Of a stretch of 64,000 bases of DNA, positions 1 through 12,354 are shown in pieces. Location of the stretch: contig NC_068991.1 of assembly GCF_001194135.2 (NCBI RefSeq), positions 73,232,020 to 73,296,019 on the forward strand. The letters run 5' to 3'. Each line of letters starts with the position of its first letter. Position 1 is the stretch's first letter. Source of the stretch: Octopus bimaculoides (lineage: Eukaryota). The position numbers and the translations under genes are program-made. Below the pieces are notes generated by a model. The model did not search any database and was not told where the DNA came from. It was given only the letters and a program-made list of their open reading frames with translations.

Positions 1-494
1 TATATATATATATAGGGTATATTAAATCTCTGAGCGAGATGTAAACAGTAGCATATCGTGACATATACTTGCCAACCAAGTGTGGCGTCATTTACGGGAC
101 AGTGCTAGTGGCGTTTCCAGCTGGCTAACGACACACATTATGGGTCCTATATATATTTATGTATGTATATATATATATATATACATAAATACCCAAAGAT
201 ATATATATATAATTAATCAAAGGACATACTATGTATGTCTACCTACTTTAAATAAAAGTCAAACTCGTTATTACATAACCAAAAGTACACTGGTAATTAC
301 TACAGAAGTGAAACGAAGGCAAAATTGGTTAAGACAATCTACTTACATACATATGGATTTACTTGGACTAGTTTCGGCATTGGCATTAATATGCCTTAGC
401 CTCTTCAGCACGCATCACCATAACAGTGATCGTTAACTTGTCCTTCATAAAATCTATGCCGCTACTGATTCGTTTTGCGTGGAAATCAGCTGCT

Positions 495-916
495 GAGTAT
501 GCCATGATATTTCCAGAGATGAGTTCTACTCACATGTCAAATTTCATCAAAATCGATAAAGCGATGTAGGAGGAGTTAGCTGCCAACTCCACAAACAAAC
601 ACATCCACAGACAGCATTTACCACATATGTAGTAGAAATAAACATATTCAATTTGATTTATGCCAATAATAGGAAAATGAATGGGTTATTTCCCTTGATT
701 GTTAAACTAAAATATATTAGTTATATATAAGGATCCCTTCCAGAGGCCCTATTATCGATATTTTTCAATAATTTGAGTACGCCATGAGGTTTCCTGACAT
801 GAATTCGACTCACGTGTCAAATTTAATCAAAGTCAATGAAACGATGTAGGAGGCATCAGCTTACAATTTCGCAAACAAGAACAGGCACAGACAGAATTTC
901 CCACATATGTAATAGG
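495..916 (+). mobile_element. Two tandem diverged copies (495-636, 775-916) of a non-autonomous Helitron/Helentron-like element end
   Basis: Both copies read gagta(t/c)gccatga..tttcc..gatga.tt..actcac.tgtcaaattt.atcaaa.tc.at.aa.cgatgtaggagg...acaaaca...cacagacag.attt.ccacatatgta.tag. The 'tgtcaaatttcatcaaaatc...acagacag...tag' layout resembles invertebrate non-autonomous Helitron-like elements (recalled, not searched). Confidence 0.45.
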
Positions 917-1989
917 TATGCATACATATATATATGTATATATATATATATATATATNNNNNNNNNNNNNNNNNNNNNNNNNNNNNNNNNNNNNNNNNNN
1001 NNNNNNNNNNNNNNNNNNNNNNNNNNNNNNNNNNNNNNNNNNNNNNNNNNNNNNNNNNNNNNNNNNNNNNNNNNNNNNNNNNNNNNNNNNNNNNNNNNNN
1101 NNNNNNNNNNNNNNNNNNNNNNNNNNNNNNNNNNNNNNNNNNNNNNNNNNNNNNNNNNNNNNNNNNNNNNNNNNNNNNNNNNNNNNNNNNNNNNNNNNNN
1201 NNNNNNNNNNNNNNNNNNNNNNNNNNNNNNNNNNNNNNNNNNNNNNNNNNNNNNNNNNNNNNNNNNNNNNNNNNNNNNNNNNNNNNNNNNNNNNNNNNNN
1301 NNNNNNNNNNNNNNNNNNNNNNNNNNNNNNNNNNNNNNNNNNNNNNNNNNNNNNNNNNNNNNNNNNNNNNNNNNNATATATATCATCACACAGCTAGCCA
1401 TCAGTCCATCCATTCATGCAAGTATATGAAAACAGGCAGACATACATACATACATACATACATACATACAAACAAACATGCGTACATAAGTGAATGCGTA
1501 TACACAGAAGTGAACATAAATACAAAAAATAATGCAAAACTCATTACTCACATTTCCATACAGCCATAGAAATAGATCCCATCATTTTAAAATTGCTTTT
1601 CTTATTTTTGAGAGGAACAAAGACAATCGAAAAAGAAAATATTAATAACTCCATTCCTTCTTAAAACTCAGATTAGTCATAATCAAATTCTTGCTGCTTT
1701 CGACCAACTATTATAACATAGTCGAACTATTTTTACGTGAATCTAATTTCTTTGTTATATCCGATTCGTGTGATAGGGATTATAGACGGCTGGTTACGTA
1801 ATGAAATTTTACTGGGTATTCACTTACTTTCCTCTCTGAGTCATTAATTATTAGATATTATCAAAGAGCCTATCACAGACTCGAAAGCTGGAACTTCGCA
1901 TTCGTATTTAACCCGACACGGAAGTAAATCAAATCAACCTGTTGCAGATGCATACGTACGGAAATAAATATACTATTCATACGCATCCA

Positions 1990-2051
1990 TAAAACCATGC
2001 GGCGTACATGTAACTATATGGATGTGAAGGTGTGTATGCGAGTACGTATGC

Positions 2052-2124
<73 letters not shown>

Positions 2125-2146
2125 TGTGTGTGTGTATCTATCTATA

Positions 2147-2191
<45 letters not shown>

Positions 2192-2570
2192 ATCTATCTC
2201 TCTCTCTACACACACACATATGTATGTATTTATGTATAGCTTTAATAACATGTCTACATATATACTCACAAATTTACATATATATATGTATATATATGTA
2301 TATATATATATATGTGTGTGCGTGTGAGAGAGAGAGTGTGTGTATGTATGCGTGTGTAAATATATATATTTATCTATCTACATCTCTATCGTTTTATATA
2401 CACACACACATATGTATTTGTGTATAGGCTTATATACACATGTCTACATATACACTAACAAAGAGTTACCTATAAACATGCATATATATATGGGTGTTTG
2501 TGTGTGTGTGTGTGTGCGTGCGTGTGTGCGTGTGTGTGTGTGTGTGCGTGCGTGCGTGTGCGGTATATTC
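1990..2570. repeat. Compound microsatellite block (TA)n/(TCTA)n/(TG)n
   Basis: Direct inspection; accounts for the YIYI/LSIY ORFs. Confidence 0.95.
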
Positions 2571-2639
2571 TATTAGAATATGTATTTGTACGTATAATAT
2601 CGAATTCCTTTGATCACATATATGGCCAATAATTTCTGG

Positions 2640-3624
2640 GAGAGTTATTATTGGCTGTAGATCTCATTACATAACCTGTATTTCCTTTATCGATCCGGAC
2701 TTTGGTAGAAAATTCATCTCGGAAACCGAATCTTCTAATAATGCATTTAGTTCGGCGTTCTAATGATGCTTTCTCGACTGTGTTCTCACCGCTCAGTATT
2801 ACACCTTATATAGCAAGAATGAATACGACCGGTGTGATTAATAGAATAATTATAATGCGGAATGTAGATGGTATTTCTTAACAGCAAGCCATCTCTGATC
2901 AAATAGACTGATGATGTAAGATATTCCAACGAGGACCATTCCAGGGTTATTAATTGTTCTTCATTAGTGCTGTCATGAATGTCTTTTATCTAGAATATAT
3001 GTTCCATGAGGTACCTCAGCAGCACGTCACTCTTTGCGTCGCTACTTAGGTCTCTTCTGCTTGTCCCTGCCGATTTTGTTCAGTAATAAATCCGCGGAAC
3101 TTTCTTTTGTACCGTATACATCACCCTGTATGGGGCGTCTAGGTTAAGGAAATCATAGAGTAGAAATTCGAAAGATTATCACAGCTTGTCCTCGTTGCCG
3201 TCACTCGCGAAGATGACAGACTGAGATTCTTCTTTGGCAGAAAATGTATCTCGGCATCGTGGGTGAGCTGAGTGGAAATACCAAATCAATTTAAGCGCTT
3301 CTGCAAAATCCCCTTCTGATTCCATAGGAACTCACATTCCTCTTCAATGTCATTATTTGGGAGTTGTTCTTTCAGATTCCTTATGCCGCATTTGTGCCTC
3401 TCAGCTTCCGCTTTCTGCCCTTCCGCTCGAATGCGATTTTCTAAGGCCTTCTTTATAAATGCTCAAAAATGGCCAGCAGCTCGGATTTGTACGTCATCAT
3501 GTCGCGCATTGCTCAAATCTATAAGCATACCGTGTTGTCTTTGATCAGGCTTTGTAAACTATGTTTCTATGCGTTTTCTAAAAGAATATCTTGCCACCGG
3601 TGCGTAAATCCACTGTCGCCATTG
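2640..3624 (-). mobile_element. Heavily decayed Ty3/Gypsy-like LTR retrotransposon internal remnant
   Basis: Minus-strand translation with stops gives ...KSDVLLRYLMEH...YLIRDGLLLRNTIYIP...SRESII, resembling the Gypsy RNaseH-integrase linker (DPVL..VL.Y...LSV.DGLLLRG.RIVIP...ARESV.WP). Upstream on the same strand, CA-A-TGGCGACAGTGGAT (3624-3608) resembles an LTR end followed by a primer-binding site. Confidence 0.4.
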
Positions 3625-4393
3625 TCGTCGGTATAATATTCAAGAATATACTGGAGACAAATTTAGTCACTACTTTCTTTTCAAAGAAGTAGGGTGTAAC
3701 ACTTGTAAGATTTCGCTGTTATTTCTACCAGCTCATATGAGCGATGATGAGACACGGGAAAGTAATTGGAGATATGTTAGTTGGACGCAATGAATAATGC
3801 ATAGTAAAATGTACACACAGGTATTTAACATACTGAACTTCGAATAATGATGTATAGTTAAATGTGGGCTAACCTACTTAGCATAGATAACAAAGCGTAA
3901 TGTTTAACTAATTGAAATGAAACCAGCACTGAAAAGAAACGCCATGAGCATTAATGATAATTTTTCTCACAGAAAAGAAAGTCAGCGAGCACTGAAATGT
4001 AAATTGATTATAAATTATAAAAGCAAAACAGAATTCCAAGTCAGCATTCAGAGCAAACGCTATACATCAAGGATAGAATAAAATAACGTACCACACAATA
4101 TATTATCTTATATAATGACCAGTAGAATAATTCGGCACACATTACGCATTCTGTTCACGGTAGTAACGCTAAAGTAGAACCAAAAGCAACACAACTTCAC
4201 AGCCATGCAAAAATTCTTGGAGCATACAAATCCAATGGGCATATTCTCTAAACGCTATGCGTCGCGGCACACCTCAGGTATATAGAAATGCTCCAGAAGA
4301 CAAACGCACCTGTACTAGAAAATCGCATAAATATGTAGACAAACATCAATAATAAAGGTGCATTCTGTTGTTATTTTGTGTCTGTGCACAACT

Positions 4394-4460
4394 ACTTCTT
4401 ATTTTATCGACCCTGAATTGATGAAGGGCAAAGTTGACTTCGGCGGGATTTCAACCTCTA
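4394..4460 (-). mobile_element. SINE family A fragment (degenerate)
   Basis: ttttatcgaccctgaattgatgaagggcaaagttgacttcggcgggatttcaac matches the core of the intact family A copies. Confidence 0.75.
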
Positions 4461-4639
4461 GTATGGCCTTGAAGTATTCGATAAAAGTGCCGTTAAAACT
4501 TGTAAATTTTGACCATTTCCGATTACCCGTCGTATCTCATTAATCCTGTCTAAAACACAAGCTCATACTGTGGTGCAAAGTTAATAATCAACCACGGAAC
4601 ACCGAACACACCCAATGTCCCTTATTGTAACCCGTGTAT

Positions 4640-4930
4640 TTCTCTTCCCCAAATTCTAGTGTAAATATATATAAGCAGCAGTGTCTGCCTATCCTAACCT
4701 TTGTTGTGTTGAGTCTTCTATACAAAAAAGCTTTACTCTTCTCAATGGAAAACGTATCTTTCAATATTTTGTGTAATACTTCTGCCTACTGTAATGATGT
4801 GAATTCAAAACTGCCACCATCCTTTTTAAGGCACAAATATGTGATGTGCCGCTGTGGTTCTCACCGCTGTAGTTCAAAATATTTGTTGAAATGTACGAAC
4901 TTATTCGTTTTTTCAGTTAACCGTTCTGTT
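4640..4930 (-). mobile_element. Decayed LINE ORF2 endonuclease-RT linker fragment (CR1/L2/Jockey group)
   Basis: Minus frame reads NKFVHFNKYF...CLKKDGGSFEFTSLQ*AEVLHKILKDTFSIEK, resembling the LKK.DGS...T...KAE.LN..F..VF..E motif; contains in-frame stops. Confidence 0.45.
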
Positions 4931-5269
4931 AAATATATTTGTAATAGTCTTCATTCTCTGTTGTGATATTCTTTATTCTCTAGTACAATTTGTTTTTGTG
5001 CTCACTGTTATATTTTGTGCTTCTTGTTAATTTTGCGCTCTTGTTAACGAGCGTATGCAGTAAACATTTGAACGTGAACTGTGTTTAAAATATGACAGAA
5101 AAGAAAATATAAAGTCAGTCAAACGAACATTTCTTTGTCAGTTGAAATGTAGATTCTCACAAGTCACAAAACTCCTTATTGTTAAGTATACAAATGACAG
5201 GAATTTTCGTTTAACTCTTTAAAAATTTCGCACGAGGCTAGCAGTTTTAATGGAGGTGGATAGTGGATT

Positions 5270-5415
5270 ACAGGGGCCCCAGTGCACAACTGGAACTCGC
5301 ATTATCGACTACAAAAGGGTGGAAGGCAAAGTCGACAAAACCAGAATTTGAAATTGTTAACTAAAGCCGGAGGAAATTCTGCTGAGCATTTTGTTTGATG
5401 GACTAAAGATTCCTA
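5270..5415 (-). mobile_element. SINE family A, degenerate
   Basis: ccccagtgcacaactgg...ttatcgact..aaaagggtggaaggcaaagtcgac...gaatttgaa aligns with the family A core. Confidence 0.65.
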
Positions 5416-6309
5416 GGTATATTCAAAATTAGAAACGACGGCATAATCGTTGCAAAGATATGGAATTACAATTTTGAACTGGCCCCTCACCCCAAAGAAA
5501 AAAGAACATTAAGCATGGCATAAGAGTAATTTTGAAGAACAATTATGTACATTAAGAATGTAAAAATTTTATCGATTTTTGTATGATTAATGCATTACAA
5601 GTAGTAGTCGACAAATTAATGCAACGAGAACAATCTCGCGGATCACCGTTTATCAGCTCCAGACTGTTTCATGCAAACAAACGACAAATGATATGAGTAA
5701 AAACAAGTGAAAACAATATCATTCAATTCAAGATTAACAATGGAATGAGTAGTTTGTAATCGATGTATGAGCTTGACGAAAACTTGAAAGTACAAAACTC
5801 GAGATCACCAGAAACGAATAGTCGGTGCACAGAGATAATTATAGCAATAAAAATGAAGCGCCAGATTTTACTCCTCAGCTCTTGCAGATATAACACAAAT
5901 AACAGAAACGGGCAGTTGAGGAATAGGATTCTATTTTACAGGTATACTCTACTCACAACTTGAAACTCCTGCAATGTATTCGTATAAAAATGTAAAGGCA
6001 ATAGTTTAGATCTTACTATAACGTTAGCTAATCTATGAAGAAAGATTCTCAAAGCTAAAATATCGGAAATCGAAGTAGAACACTGAAAAGAAAGGAAGAC
6101 ATAACAAAAACACCAATAAATAAAAGAAACCAAAGTAAAAAAAAAATTAGAAAAGAAAAGACGATCAGATCGTAAATCAGGAAGTTATGCGTAAAACAAA
6201 TAAAATAGTTTGCTAAACAATAAAAAAACAAGCCCTAGAGCTCTTACAAAATATTTCAGCAAAACCTGTCTGGGGTGGAAAAACATGTTATGCAATAGTT
6301 TTAGATATA

Positions 6310-6452
6310 TACAGGTTTCAATTTTTGGCAAAATGTCAGCAATTACGGGGAGAAAGAAGTAAGTCGATTTTATCGAACCCAGCATTTAACTGGTACTTAT
6401 TGTATTGACTCCGAAAAGATGAAAGGTAGAGTCGCTCTCGACGGAATCCGAA
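6310..6452 (-). mobile_element. SINE family A variant, 3' half
   Basis: aagtcgattttatcgaacccagc..aactggtacttatt.tattgactccgaaaagatgaaaggtagagtcg matches the family A core; followed by (AAT)n. Confidence 0.75.
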
Positions 6453-6509
6453 TAATAATAATAATAATAATAATAATCCATGGATCCATGGAAAGAATTT
6501 ATAAATATT

Positions 6510-6556
<47 letters not shown>

Positions 6557-6725
6557 TTTCAGATTTGGTTTGCAAGATTTTTATGTGAGTCAAGACTATT
6601 GAAAAGGTTGCAGGACGCAACGAAAATTTTAGGAAAGTAAAAATAAGGAATAAGTGGAAATTTTACCGGTGAGTGTGTTAAATTATAAGTCACAAAACGA
6701 AAATGGTTCTCCCCAGACACAATAG

Positions 6726-6801
<76 letters not shown>

Positions 6802-7529
6802 TTATATAATGTTGAAGATGGTAAATTTATTCCGGACAGTGAAAACCACAATGTTCCCATTTTGGTCTGAACTCCTCTTAACCGATTTTATATGAACATT
6901 TGAAAAACTGTACCGCTCTGGGCAAGAAGTATACAACATTCTTCTTGCTCATTCCTTTCTTGGAACTACTTCTCAGTCAAGAAAACATGGCCCTTTGTAA
7001 GATATTTTTCTCATCTTTTTCTCTCTTCTTCCAAGAGCAGACATTTGTCCAGCGAATATTTTTGACTGTCTACGCCAGCAAAGATGTTATTAACATTTTG
7101 TTTGTGTGGGTGTCGAATTAAAAATGTTTATTTTGTTTTCCAAATGTGTCTGGCTCTGTAAATTCCAAATTTCAATCTTTTGTTTGTGTTTTAGTGTTGT
7201 AATTAATGATTATTTCAGCAGACTTTTCAACTTATGGATTAGATCAGTTCAGTCACTATTGCATGCAATCTCAGAAAGAGAAATTCTTTTGAAAAAACAA
7301 ACTAGTAATCGAATGTAAACAAAATATAAAATATAAATTTACAAATTTCCACGAAAAAAAAGAGTTGTTTCCTTATTCCAAAGATAAACGAGGTGGGCAG
7401 AGCTTCAGCTTTTCTTTGGCGGTGGGGGGGGGGGGGGCAAAATAATCCAAATAAATATTTTTTTTTTATTAATTAAAACATAAATCTTTCATGAAGCTAT
7501 GTCAACACATCCAGTCCATTCATCTCCAT

Positions 7530-7537
7530 GCATACTA

Positions 7538-7573
<36 letters not shown>

Positions 7574-7688
7574 TCACTGCTACTGTTGCTGCTGATGATG
7601 TTGATGAATATGGTGCTGTTGGCGAGGTGATAGCAAAGATGATGTTCATGACAATGATGAAGATGACGACGACGACGACGATGATGAA

Positions 7689-7723
<35 letters not shown>

Positions 7724-7752
7724 CGATGATGATGATGATGATGATGGCGACG
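7530..7752. repeat. Mosaic trinucleotide repeat (ACT)n(GCT)n...(GAT)n(GAC)n
   Basis: Direct inspection; source of the poly-T/A/M ORF 7528..7866. Confidence 0.95.
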
Positions 7753-8505
7753 ATGGTAATCGAACTCTTTTTCGATATTGCATTAATTCCACGCGTTCCA
7801 TTACCACGTTACTTTCATTATCGATATTGCATTAATTCTATTATCATTGACCTTACACACAACTAGAAATTGGTTAGAAGCTTTGAAGAAGAGAAAATCT
7901 CGAGCAGAGCCGGCAACAACTTATTTGCCGAAGATTCTAATTAAGTACAATTTTTTTTTTACTTCCCTTTTTCGTTATCATTGTTTTCTTTCTATTTTTG
8001 AAACAAGGATCCTCTTTTGACAGTTTAAAGACAAACCATTCCAGAACAAAGCAACAGAGAATTCACTCACTCTTTGAAACGAAGCACGCTTTTTTTTTTA
8101 CTTTGAACTGCGTTCTAAAAATACATCCATTATTAAAATAATATACATAAAAAAAAAACAGATGTGGGGCTTTCAGAGATGAAGACAGCTATCGTATGAG
8201 ACAGCTAATCACTGGCCATTAAATATTAGCAAATAGAAGTTATTTATAGTATTAACACAGCGCTACAAATTTTAGGGATCGTTATAATTCACTTAGTTGT
8301 GACCATTTTTATGCCTCCATTGTTTTTTTGGATTTTTCGAATCGTATTCAGCTTAATTGGAGGAGAGTATAAACTGATGAATTTATAGTGTCTTCGTTAG
8401 TATAAATTAAATCAGAGCTATGCGAAAATATAACCATTGATTCTGTTTATACCATTTGTATAATCTAACTTCCTGCTTTCTCAATGAATATGTAAGTTTG
8501 TCTGG

Positions 8506-8536
<31 letters not shown>

Positions 8537-8558
8537 CCTGTCTCTCTCTATCTCTCTA

Positions 8559-8595
<37 letters not shown>

Positions 8596-9004
8596 CACTC
8601 TGCACACACACACACACACACACATACACGCGGTGTTCCCTACCAGGTAAGGAAGAATATCGTTTCTTCAGAATATATGATTGGACCAGAAGAATGAGTT
8701 TGCTATTAAGGACTGAAGAAAAAGACTCATAAAACATACATGTCCCTTTACACTTTTATTGCTTACTTATGACGAAAATCTTGCTATTTCTAATTTGTAA
8801 TAATCGTGCATAACACTCTTTCATTCCCTTTGGAAATCATCAGCATGGCACAACATGAGTGACAGTAATCAAACATATCAAGTGATTTTCTTTTCACTTC
8901 TTCTTCATAGTAGTTTAGTAATTTAGTTATATATATAGTTAGTAGTTTAGTAATTTATATATATCTTGGAAATAAATGCGTCACGTTCAATTAAATAAAT
9001 AACA

Positions 9005-9035
<31 letters not shown>

Positions 9036-9064
9036 CATACCTACATACATACATACATACATAC

Positions 9065-9095
<31 letters not shown>

Positions 9096-9579
9096 CATGC
9101 ATATATGGGTACACCACCGGTGCAAATAACATGAAATACTTAAACATAAGAAAAATGGAAAGCAGGACAAGTTAACACAGAGAAAGGAGCCTTCGTCAGT
9201 TGTCGGTTATCTATCTACTCTTCATTTCTAACTATCTATCTATCTATCTCTTTCTCTCTCTCCATATATATAGATATATATATATGTATGTATGTTCATA
9301 TATGTATGTATATATGCATATATATGTTTTATTTATATTATTATATGATTGAACGCCACACATCCATTTCCAACTAAGTTTGTGTTATACATGCTCACAC
9401 ACACACATACACACGCAAGCATATTCACATGCATATACATGTGTAAAGTAATATATATATATATATATATANNNNNNNNNNNNNNNNNNNNNNNNNNNNN
9501 NNNNNNNNNNNNNNNNNNNNNNNNNNNNNNNNNNNNNNNNNNNNNNNNNNNNNNNNNNNNNNNNNNNNNNNNNNNNNNN

Positions 9580-9628
<49 letters not shown>

Positions 9629-10254
9629 CAGACAGACAGAAAGAGAGATATGTAGCTGTAAATACACTCACCTACACACATATACATTCAGGACTATGTG
9701 GGCGCCAGAAATATAATCGATGATGATGGAATATGTAACTTTGACTGAAGATCTTCAAAATTATCAATTGTTATTTTATCTAACAATTCATTGTGTGCTC
9801 TATGTGTGTACTCGTCTGTATTTCCGCACTATAGAGCCTATTAATAATCGTATTTCTATTGCACATTAACCTCAAAAACATTATTGTTATTTGATTCGTT
9901 TGTTTCGAGATTCTCGCTTCATTAGACTTATATGATATTATAACATCGAGAAAGCGACTGGCTACGTATTAATTTATTTCATCAACTTTAAGATTTCGTA
10001 ATGAAAAAAAAAACAAACAAATAGAGTACAAAAACAAAATTAGTGTCTTGTAAGTTAATCTCCCATTCATTCTCTGTCGTCAGTTCTTCAATTCCACTTC
10101 GTTTCTCGTATATTTCTACTAATGCTATATTTATATTAATGCTATGCACCCATGCACACATACTCTCAAACACACACACACACAGACACACGTACACAGG
10201 CTCAAACACTTTATATATCTATAAATATATACACATGTGCGTATACATATACAT

Positions 10255-10440
10255 GAAGGAGAAGAAAGGAGCGTCTTCAACATCCTCGACCAGCGCCGAC
10301 CATCCCGTGCAAGTTCTGCCCACGACTCTTTCATCACCGATCTAGACTCCAAAGTCACTTTCGACACAAACATCAGCCGAGGAGACTGGACGGAAACTAA
10401 CGAACCCAATTCTTGGATACGAGCTGGAGTCGACCACATG
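10255..10440 (-). mobile_element. RTE-clade LINE ORF2 C-terminal remnant
   Basis: Minus translation RIQELGSLVSVQSPRLMFVSKVTLESRSVMKESWAELARDGRRWSRMLK resembles the RTE ending GEL..G.RP.GRPRLRFKD..KRDL......WE.LA.DR..WR. Confidence 0.6.
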
Positions 10441-10994
10441 TACCTGTATGTTCAACTGTCTATCTATATGTATGCGTGATTAAATATATATATATATAGT
10501 GGTATACATACAAGTATTACGTACATATGTATACGAGCACAAACATACACATACACACACATATTAGGAAGTTAAAAGTTATGGATTGTCTTAGAGCGGT
10601 CATTGGTGTAGCACGTAACGTTTTAGATTTTGTTTCTTGTTCGCATTGATGGGAACTACCGACAATATGCACGTGTCTGTGCGTGTGTGTGATAAAACCT
10701 TGTGATATACAACTATTCAACCTATTCATGTATAAATGTTAATGAAACGATTACGCTTAATTCGTTACTTAGTACTAATTAAAAGATACTTTCAGGTAAA
10801 CATCTAAACACACTGCAGAATAATACGTAATCCATGCGAACACGCTGCAATATACGACTTCGTAAGGCATATATTGCATTTGAATATGACGGTTTCACGT
10901 GTAACATTAGCAGTCATTTCGAAAATTTAGGAAAATGTGGCGAGTCAGTTATTTGTTGTGATATTATATGAAGACCAAGCGCCTTCTTACAATC

Positions 10995-11138
10995 CTTTCT
11001 ATTATAGGCACTGGGCCTGAAATTTGGTGGGCCGAGGCAGTAGATTAGATCGACCCCAGTACGCAACGTAAAGACAGACGAAATACTGCTAAACATTTCG
11101 CCCGGCGTGCTAACGTTTCTACCAGCTCACAGCCTTTA
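10995..11138 (-). mobile_element. SINE family A with internal deletion
   Basis: Tail (ggcact.ggcctgaaattt..gattagatcgaccccagtacgcaac) is joined directly to the head (gtaaagacagacgaaatac..catttcgcccggcgtgctaacgtttctaccagctc). Confidence 0.9.
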
Positions 11139-11154
11139 AAAGTAGGAAGAAAAA

Positions 11155-11290
11155 TATTTTCTACTCTAAGTACAAGGCCCTAAGTTTTTGTGGAGGGGAG
11201 CCAGTCGATTACATTGACCCCAGTACGCACCTAGTACTTAATGTATCGAACCCGAAAGTATAAATAGCAAAGTCGATCTCGGCGGTAGCG
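11155..11290 (-). mobile_element. SINE family A, 5'-truncated
   Basis: ttttctactctaagtacaaggcc..gccagtcgattacattgacccagtacgca..gtacttaat.tatcgaacccgaaag..gcaaagtcgatctcggcgg. Confidence 0.85.
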
Positions 11291-11752
11291 CCTTCCTGTA
11301 ACGTATAACAAATGAATTATTGAGATATAAAACTCTAGCGAATGAAGCTGATATTTATTTTAATATATGTACATATAGATTGTGCTGTTTCAAATATAAT
11401 TAAATTTTCATATAATTTACTTAGCCAAATCTCAATATATCGATCAATAGCGTGACATTAACATTCATGTATCAATAAGACACAATGTTCTTTAATTCAT
11501 TTATTCATTTATACTTCTACTCGTATCCGTAATTGGATTGAGCTAACCCCACTCACCGCTTTAATGGGTTTTTTTGTGATCAAATCTTCCCTAGTATTGT
11601 TTTTAAGTAAGTCTCATATCTAACCTATCTATTTTTCTTTTTTTTTTATTGAACCGTTATTTTATATCATTTGTGAGGAGGTAAGACAGACACAAATGTC
11701 GGCACACTCACACAATCATAGGTGTGTGTGTGTGGGCGTGTGTCTCTCTCAG

Positions 11753-11783
<31 letters not shown>

Positions 11784-12137
11784 TTATANNNNNNNNNNNN
11801 NNNNNNNNNNNNNNNNNNNNNNNNNNNNNNNNNNNNNNNNNNNNNNNNNNNNNNNNNNNNNNNNNNNNNNNNNNNNNNNNNNNNNNNNNNNNNNNNNNNN
11901 NNNNNNNNNNNNNNNNNNNNNNNNNNNNNNNNNNNNNNNNNNNNNNNNNNNNNNNNNNNNNNNNNNNNNNNNNNNNNNNNNNNNNNNNNNNNNNNNNNNN
12001 NNNNNNNNNNNNNNNNNNNNNNNNNNNNNNNNNNNNNNNNNNNNNNNNNNNNNNNNNNNNNNNNNNNNNNNNNNNNNNNNNNNNNNNNNNNNNNNNNNNN
12101 NNNNNNNNNNNNNNNNNNNNNNNNNNNNNNNNNNNNN

Positions 12138-12330
12138 TTGTCCTCCACCATCGTTTGACAACCGATGTTGGTGTGTTCACGTCCCCGTAACTTAGCGGTT
12201 CGGCAAAAGAGACCGATAGAATGCGTACTATGATTACAAAGAATAAGAACTGGCATCAATTTGTTCCACTAAAGGTGGTGCTCCAGCATGGCCACAGTCA
12301 AATGACTGAAACAAATAAAAGAATAAAAGA
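12138..12330 (+). mobile_element. SINE family B, 3' half
   Basis: tgacaaccgatgttggtgtgtt.acgtccccgtaacttagcggttcggcaaaagagaccgatagaat...ggtggtgctccagcatggccacagtcaaatgactgaaacaaataaaagaataaaag; matches the full copy at 45605-45995. Confidence 0.92.
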
Positions 12331-12354
12331 ATATATATGTTCCATTCATTTGAT

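Noticed and set aside
4634-4966. 110-aa plus-strand ORF
   Set aside because: No recognisable motif; better explained as the shadow of a decayed LINE fragment on the opposite strand.
6477-6492. 16-bp perfect palindrome tccatggatccatgga
   Set aside because: It is a tandem doubling of an 8-bp palindrome next to a microsatellite, with no further structure.
10237-10479. Exon-like 80-aa plus ORF (GEERSVFNILDQRRP...)
   Set aside because: It is the antisense of an RTE LINE C-terminus; no good splice sites.
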